From Anaerolineales bacterium (lineage in GTDB: Bacteria; Chloroflexota; Anaerolineae; Anaerolineales; UBA4823), in contig JAWOHN010000257.1 of the NCBI GenBank assembly GCA_046485135.1, positions 1-50,894 of the forward strand: a DNA stretch of 50,894 nt. The letters are read 5' to 3'. Positions within the stretch are counted from its first letter, which is position 1; every line of letters begins with the position of its first letter. The position numbers were made by a program, and so were the translations under genes. Below the pieces are notes generated by a model. It saw only the letters and a program-made list of their open reading frames with translations. It made no database searches and had not been told where the DNA came from. Of the stretch, positions 46,795 to 50,894 are shown piece after piece.

Positions 46795-47730
46795 ATGGAA
46801 GAGCGTTTAACCAACTTAAAGGGTGAAGGACAACGATTGTACAACAGAGCAAACCGGGTAACAGGGGGTGTCCTGGGAATCGTGGTCGATATGGTGGATG
46901 GCTTTACCAAGGCCCGCGGTGCTGAAGCAGCTGCGTCTATCACCTATTACGTTTTGTTTTCCATATTCCCGTTATTGTTATCGGTGATCGCTATAGGTAG
47001 TTATTTTTTAGAAGATGAACAGGTTATGGACCAGATTGTCCAATTCGTCCAGGCTGGCATACCGGTTGCAGCAGACATGATCCTCCAAAATATTGAAGAG
47101 GTATTAGAAGCGCGTGGCACTTTTGGGGTCATAGGGGTAGGCAGCCTGATCTGGTCAGCTTCAGCTGCATTTATGAGCCTGTTTCGGAATATCAACAGGG
47201 CCTGGATGCGGGCATCTCCGTTAAATACCCTCCTGGCTCGTCTGGTGGGGATTGTGGTGATTTTTGCACTGGTGTTGGTGATCGCTGTGATCCGTGTTGC
47301 CAGTGCAACTGCCAGCCTTCTGCCAACATTCGGGATCGAGCTGTTAGACGATTTTTACGAATCATTTCTCTGGCTATTGCTATCAGTTTTGGTGCCATTG
47401 GTGTTGACTTTTTTGATTTTCATAAGCCTGTATCGCTGGATTCCGAATACGAAAGTGCGTTGGTCTGAGGCTTTTTGGGGAGCGCTGGTGGCATCGGTTG
47501 GCTGGGAGCTGACGACGAATTTATTCACCTATTCTTTGAGCCAAGGGATATTACAATACAAAGTGGTGTATGGGTCGCTTGGAACAATGATCGCGCTATT
47601 GTTCTGGATATATTTGAATAGCACGATTATCTTGATAGGCGCTCATCTATCTGCAGCAATTGCGCGTAATAAACGCCCGATAAACCGAAAACTGGACGAT
47701 ATGGAGGAAGGGCTTGTTGCGCATAGCTAA
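46795..47730 (+). CDS. YihY/virulence factor BrkB family membrane protein
   Basis: AASITYYVLFSIFP, WSAS, YRWIPN, VYGSLG, LFWIY, GAHL. Confidence 0.9.
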   Translation: MEERLTNLKGEGQRLYNRANRVTGGVLGIVVDMVDGFTKARGAEAAASITYYVLFSIFPLLLSVIAIGSYFLEDEQVMDQIVQFVQAGIPVAADMILQNIEEVLEARGTFGVIGVGSLIWSASAAFMSLFRNINRAWMRASPLNTLLARLVGIVVIFALVLVIAVIRVASATASLLPTFGIELLDDFYESFLWLLLSVLVPLVLTFLIFISLYRWIPNTKVRWSEAFWGALVASVGWELTTNLFTYSLSQGILQYKVVYGSLGTMIALLFWIYLNSTIILIGAHLSAAIARNKRPINRKLDDMEEGLVAHS

Positions 47731-49102
47731 AAACCGGTTGATGACATATTCTTTGATGGCTGCACCATGGGGTCAAGAAGCAGTCAAAATCATGACGTCT
47801 GCGTTGGATGCCGTTGACCCTTATGAAGCGACCCAGCGGCATCTCGAACGGCAAGGAAACAGGCTTGACCTGAATGGAGCATCCTTTAACCTGGCCCAAT
47901 ACCAACAGGTCTACCTGGTAGGCGCGGGCAAGGCTGGCGTACCCATGGCTCGTGCAGTTGTAGAATGCCTGGGTGAACAGGTAAAGGCAGGCCTGGTGAT
48001 CGTTAAGGATGGTTACGCGCCGGATGACGACGATTTGACCGCAGCCGGAGTGGAAATCGTCGAAGCCGGGCACCCCATCCCTGACGAGCGAGGAAGATAT
48101 GGGACATTGCGCATCATTAAGCTACTCGAAGGGGTTAAGACCGATGACCTTGTGGTGTGTGTGATCTCCGGTGGTGGCTCGGCTTTGATGCATGCTCTGG
48201 TCGCGGGTGTCTCTTTGCAAGATTTGCAGCGCCTGACCTCCTGCCTGTTAGCTGTTGGCGCTGATATCCAGGAGATCAATACCCTGCGCAAACATTTGGA
48301 TCAAATCAAAGGCGGTGGGCTGGCGAGAGCAGCTTCCCCGGCTCAAGTTGTTACCTTGATACTTTCGGATGTGATCGGGGATCCGCTGGATGTCATCGCT
48401 TCTGGACCAACAGCTCCGGACCGCAGCACGTTTACAGACGCCTGGGCAGTTATCAAGCGTTATGAGATCCTTGATAAAGTTCCGAGCAGCATTTTGGAAC
48501 ACTTGCAACAAGGTATGCGCGGGGAGATTCAGGATACTCCCAAACAAGGAGATGAAATTTTCCAACGGGTGACGAATTGCATCGTCGGCAATAATTCTCA
48601 AGCAGCACAGGCAGCCCTGGAAGCTGCCCGCAGGATTGGTTACCAAGGACTGTTGTTGACGACAGAGCTTCAGGGGGAGGCCAGTCGAGCCGGGCAAACA
48701 CTAGGGGCTCTGGTGAGGCAGGTCAAAAGAGCCAGAGATGCCAACACCCTGGCAAAGCCGCTCTGCCTGGTGGTCGGCGGTGAGACCACGGTTACGATTG
48801 CTGGCGAAGGAAAAGGTGGGCGAAACCAGGAATTAGCTTTAGGCGCTGTTGAAGGATTGGCGGGATTGGATGGCGTAGCATTGGTAACCCTGGCTACTGA
48901 TGGAGGAGATGGTCCGACCGATGCAGCCGGGGCTGTGGTGACCGGTGATAGCTTTGCGCGGGCTAAGGCTATAGGGCTTGTTCCGGCTGATTATCTGAGA
49001 CGAAATGATTCTTACCATTTCTTTGAGGCCCTGGATGATTTAATTAAGACAGGTCCAACTCTGACAAATGTAAATGATTTAACTTTCTTATTCATTATGT
49101 GA
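47714..49102 (+). CDS. Glycerate 2-kinase (MOFRL/DUF4147 family)
   Basis: GAGKA, AGHPIPD, ISGGGSAL, RKHL..IKGGGLA, LSDVIGD, GGETTV, GGRNQE, TDGGDG, TGPTLTNVND; start uncertain. Confidence 0.93.
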   Translation: MLRIAKNRLMTYSLMAAPWGQEAVKIMTSALDAVDPYEATQRHLERQGNRLDLNGASFNLAQYQQVYLVGAGKAGVPMARAVVECLGEQVKAGLVIVKDGYAPDDDDLTAAGVEIVEAGHPIPDERGRYGTLRIIKLLEGVKTDDLVVCVISGGGSALMHALVAGVSLQDLQRLTSCLLAVGADIQEINTLRKHLDQIKGGGLARAASPAQVVTLILSDVIGDPLDVIASGPTAPDRSTFTDAWAVIKRYEILDKVPSSILEHLQQGMRGEIQDTPKQGDEIFQRVTNCIVGNNSQAAQAALEAARRIGYQGLLLTTELQGEASRAGQTLGALVRQVKRARDANTLAKPLCLVVGGETTVTIAGEGKGGRNQELALGAVEGLAGLDGVALVTLATDGGDGPTDAAGAVVTGDSFARAKAIGLVPADYLRRNDSYHFFEALDDLIKTGPTLTNVNDLTFLFIM

Positions 49103-49167
49103 ACATTGTTGACTCTTCAGGTATTACCGGATATGGGCTTGCACTATCCAACAGAGAGGTAAATACA

Positions 49168-49926
49168 ATGACGGTATTTCAAATTTACTTGGAAATTGGA
49201 GCGGAGGGAGAATGTCTGGCGCACGTTCTGGACCTGCCGGGATGTGTACTGAGGGGTGAGAGTCTGGCAGAGGCATTGGAAGGAATGCCGGATGCGATTC
49301 GGGCTCATATTGCATGGCTAAGACGGCATGGGGAAATAGTAGAAGAGGTCGAGCCGCTAGAACTGCGGGTTGTTGAAACAAATCAGGGATTTGGCCCTTT
49401 TCGCCGGGGTGACCGGGCCGCCTTGTTCCCGGCGGACTTATTACCTCCGACGCATGATGAAATGGAGAACCTATATTTCAAACGCGCAAATTATGCCAGG
49501 CAAGATTTACTTGAGCTGGTGCAGAAGTTGCCCGCGAAAGTTTTGGATTGGCGCATGGAAAAGGGAGCCATGACCATCGGGGAAATCCTGCGCCATGTTG
49601 GCAACGCCGAACAATGGTACGTGAGCCGGCTGGTTCCTGCGGAAACCCTGCCAAAGGAGTGGGAAGTTGATGCAGATATGCCTATTCTAGGATTTCTAGA
49701 GTTGGAGCGGCGGACGACGCTTGATAGGTTGCGCCAGTTAGACGAGGATGAGCTTTCGGCGATCACCCGCCCGGTCCATTGGACTAAATATCCGGAAGAA
49801 CCGTGGACGGCCCGGAAAGCCCTACGCCGAATGATCGAGCATGAACTGGAGCATCTTGCGCATATCCACTATATCCTGGATGAATATAACAACCGGACTG
49901 ATGGTGAATCTGATAAAGTTCTTTAA
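49168..49926 (+). CDS. HicB-like N-terminal domain fused to a DinB-family four-helix metal-binding domain
   Basis: AHVLDLPGCVLRGESLAEAL (HicB-like); TIGEILRHVGNAE and HELEH (DinB His triad); GAGGT RBS before ATG 49168. Confidence 0.75.
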   Translation: MTVFQIYLEIGAEGECLAHVLDLPGCVLRGESLAEALEGMPDAIRAHIAWLRRHGEIVEEVEPLELRVVETNQGFGPFRRGDRAALFPADLLPPTHDEMENLYFKRANYARQDLLELVQKLPAKVLDWRMEKGAMTIGEILRHVGNAEQWYVSRLVPAETLPKEWEVDADMPILGFLELERRTTLDRLRQLDEDELSAITRPVHWTKYPEEPWTARKALRRMIEHELEHLAHIHYILDEYNNRTDGESDKVL

Positions 49927-49937
49927 TCACAAATGAT

Positions 49938-50042
49938 TGTCACTGCGAGCAAAGCGTCTAAGCGAAGCGACGCAGTCTACCCATTGTGGACAGATTGCGC
50001 CGCGCTGCTTATCATCGGGCTAGCGCCCTCATTGCAATGACA
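49938..50042. repeat. Degenerate REP/MITE-like palindromic element
   Basis: Ends TGTCACTGCG...TGCAATGACA; inner GCAGTCT/AGATTGC; GCGAAGCGA; lies between convergent genes. Confidence 0.55.
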
Positions 50043-50067
50043 GGATTATTAAGTATTATTGTTGGAT

Positions 50068-50894
50068 TCACTTTACACATTGTATAAAGAATTCTCCCTC
50101 AGCGCGGATTTCGGCCAAGGCCAGGGGGAAGGGCAGGTAGTGGCCGGATGGGTAATCAAAATCGGGGTTTTCCGGTTGTCCCATATATTCCAATGAGTCG
50201 TTGAAAGCTCGTACTGACAACTCTGCCGATGTGCGGATGCGGATCTGCAGGCCGTCGACCAGGCCATACGACCAGCCGCCAGGGAAGATATTCCCCTGGT
50301 AACGGCTGCCCCAATCCGGATAGAAACGGGAATCTGGCGCAATGGCGAGGGGAATCTGGACGGTCAGCGGTTGCTCGGAGAGGTAATCCACCTGGAGGCC
50401 GGATTCAGTCAGGTGGAAAGTCTTGCGCAGATTGTAATGCGAACTTGAAAAGGTCAGCGATTGCCCGGTTTGTTCAACGGCAAAGGATTCCCAAGTGGGA
50501 ATGCTACTACCGGCAGGTAGATCGCTAAAGGCGCCACGTAATTGGGATCCATCGCCAGCAATACCTCTATCGGTTTTCCAGCTCAGGGGATCCCCCAACC
50601 CAACTGTAAACTGGGTTGATGGAGCGATAACTTGATGCAGTCCAGCGGAGTCGTGCAGGAAGGCCAGCGCTAAATAACCGCCGCGCGCTTCAAAAAGAGC
50701 GAAAAATGTCCCAGATGCAAGGATATACTCATCTTCGCCATCATAATCCAGGTCAAGGGTAGCCAGGCATGTACCGGATCCGTCTGCTAAGGGACAGAAG
50801 GCGCTGATCCCGTTTGAGCCCCAATGGGCCGCCGCCAGGAGATGACCAATCTGGCCCAAATAGGCAGCGCGCAAGGTCGCCAGCGAAGGGGATG
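50068..50894 (-). CDS. C-terminal part of a large protein, truncated at window end (possibly a GH57-associated beta-sandwich)
   Basis: Frame open to the window edge; DLDYDGEDE motif followed by a beta-rich region. Confidence 0.55.
   Translation of the reverse strand, partial: SPSLATLRAAYLGQIGHLLAAAHWGSNGISAFCPLADGSGTCLATLDLDYDGEDEYILASGTFFALFEARGGYLALAFLHDSAGLHQVIAPSTQFTVGLGDPLSWKTDRGIAGDGSQLRGAFSDLPAGSSIPTWESFAVEQTGQSLTFSSSHYNLRKTFHLTESGLQVDYLSEQPLTVQIPLAIAPDSRFYPDWGSRYQGNIFPGGWSYGLVDGLQIRIRTSAELSVRAFNDSLEYMGQPENPDFDYPSGHYLPFPLALAEIRAEGEFFIQCVK

Noticed and set aside
1-50894. CRISPR arrays, tRNA/rRNA, IS elements, prophage, and the many antisense ORFs
   Set aside because: No regularly spaced repeats, RNA gene signatures or transposase/phage motifs seen; antisense ORFs are shadows of GC-rich coding genes

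Overview
A bacterial window of moderately high GC. The gene style and the conserved small hypotheticals suggest an Anaerolineae-type Chloroflexota genome (inference). It is dominated by a ~34 kb + strand Wood-Ljungdahl supercluster (11197-45017): an HMA-fold protein, cooS/acsA, acsB, a CBS protein, acsD, acsC, acsV, acsE, then three HdrA-MvhD pairs with an embedded two-component system, metV, metF, a fused hdrCB, an isochorismatase/TrxB-like/RlmN-like radical SAM triad, and two cooC-type ATPases. The supplied ORF track truncates two of the three mvhD genes. Both have an in-frame UGA at a [2Fe-2S] Cys position followed by an identical SECIS-like hairpin, so they are very probably selenoproteins. 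The third mvhD has Cys and no hairpin. Other items missing from the track are a 55-aa Cys/Trp-rich protein (2656-2823, minus strand), a Rex-like operator upstream of the CODH operon and a degenerate REP-like palindrome. The flanks carry a truncated AOR, membrane proteins, an SDR, PfpI, an orphan heme O synthase, tandem AlaDH/PNT-fold paralogs, SRAP, YihY, glycerate kinase and a HicB-DinB fusion. No rRNA, tRNA, CRISPR array or transposase was seen. All calls come from motif reading by eye; no database searches were run.
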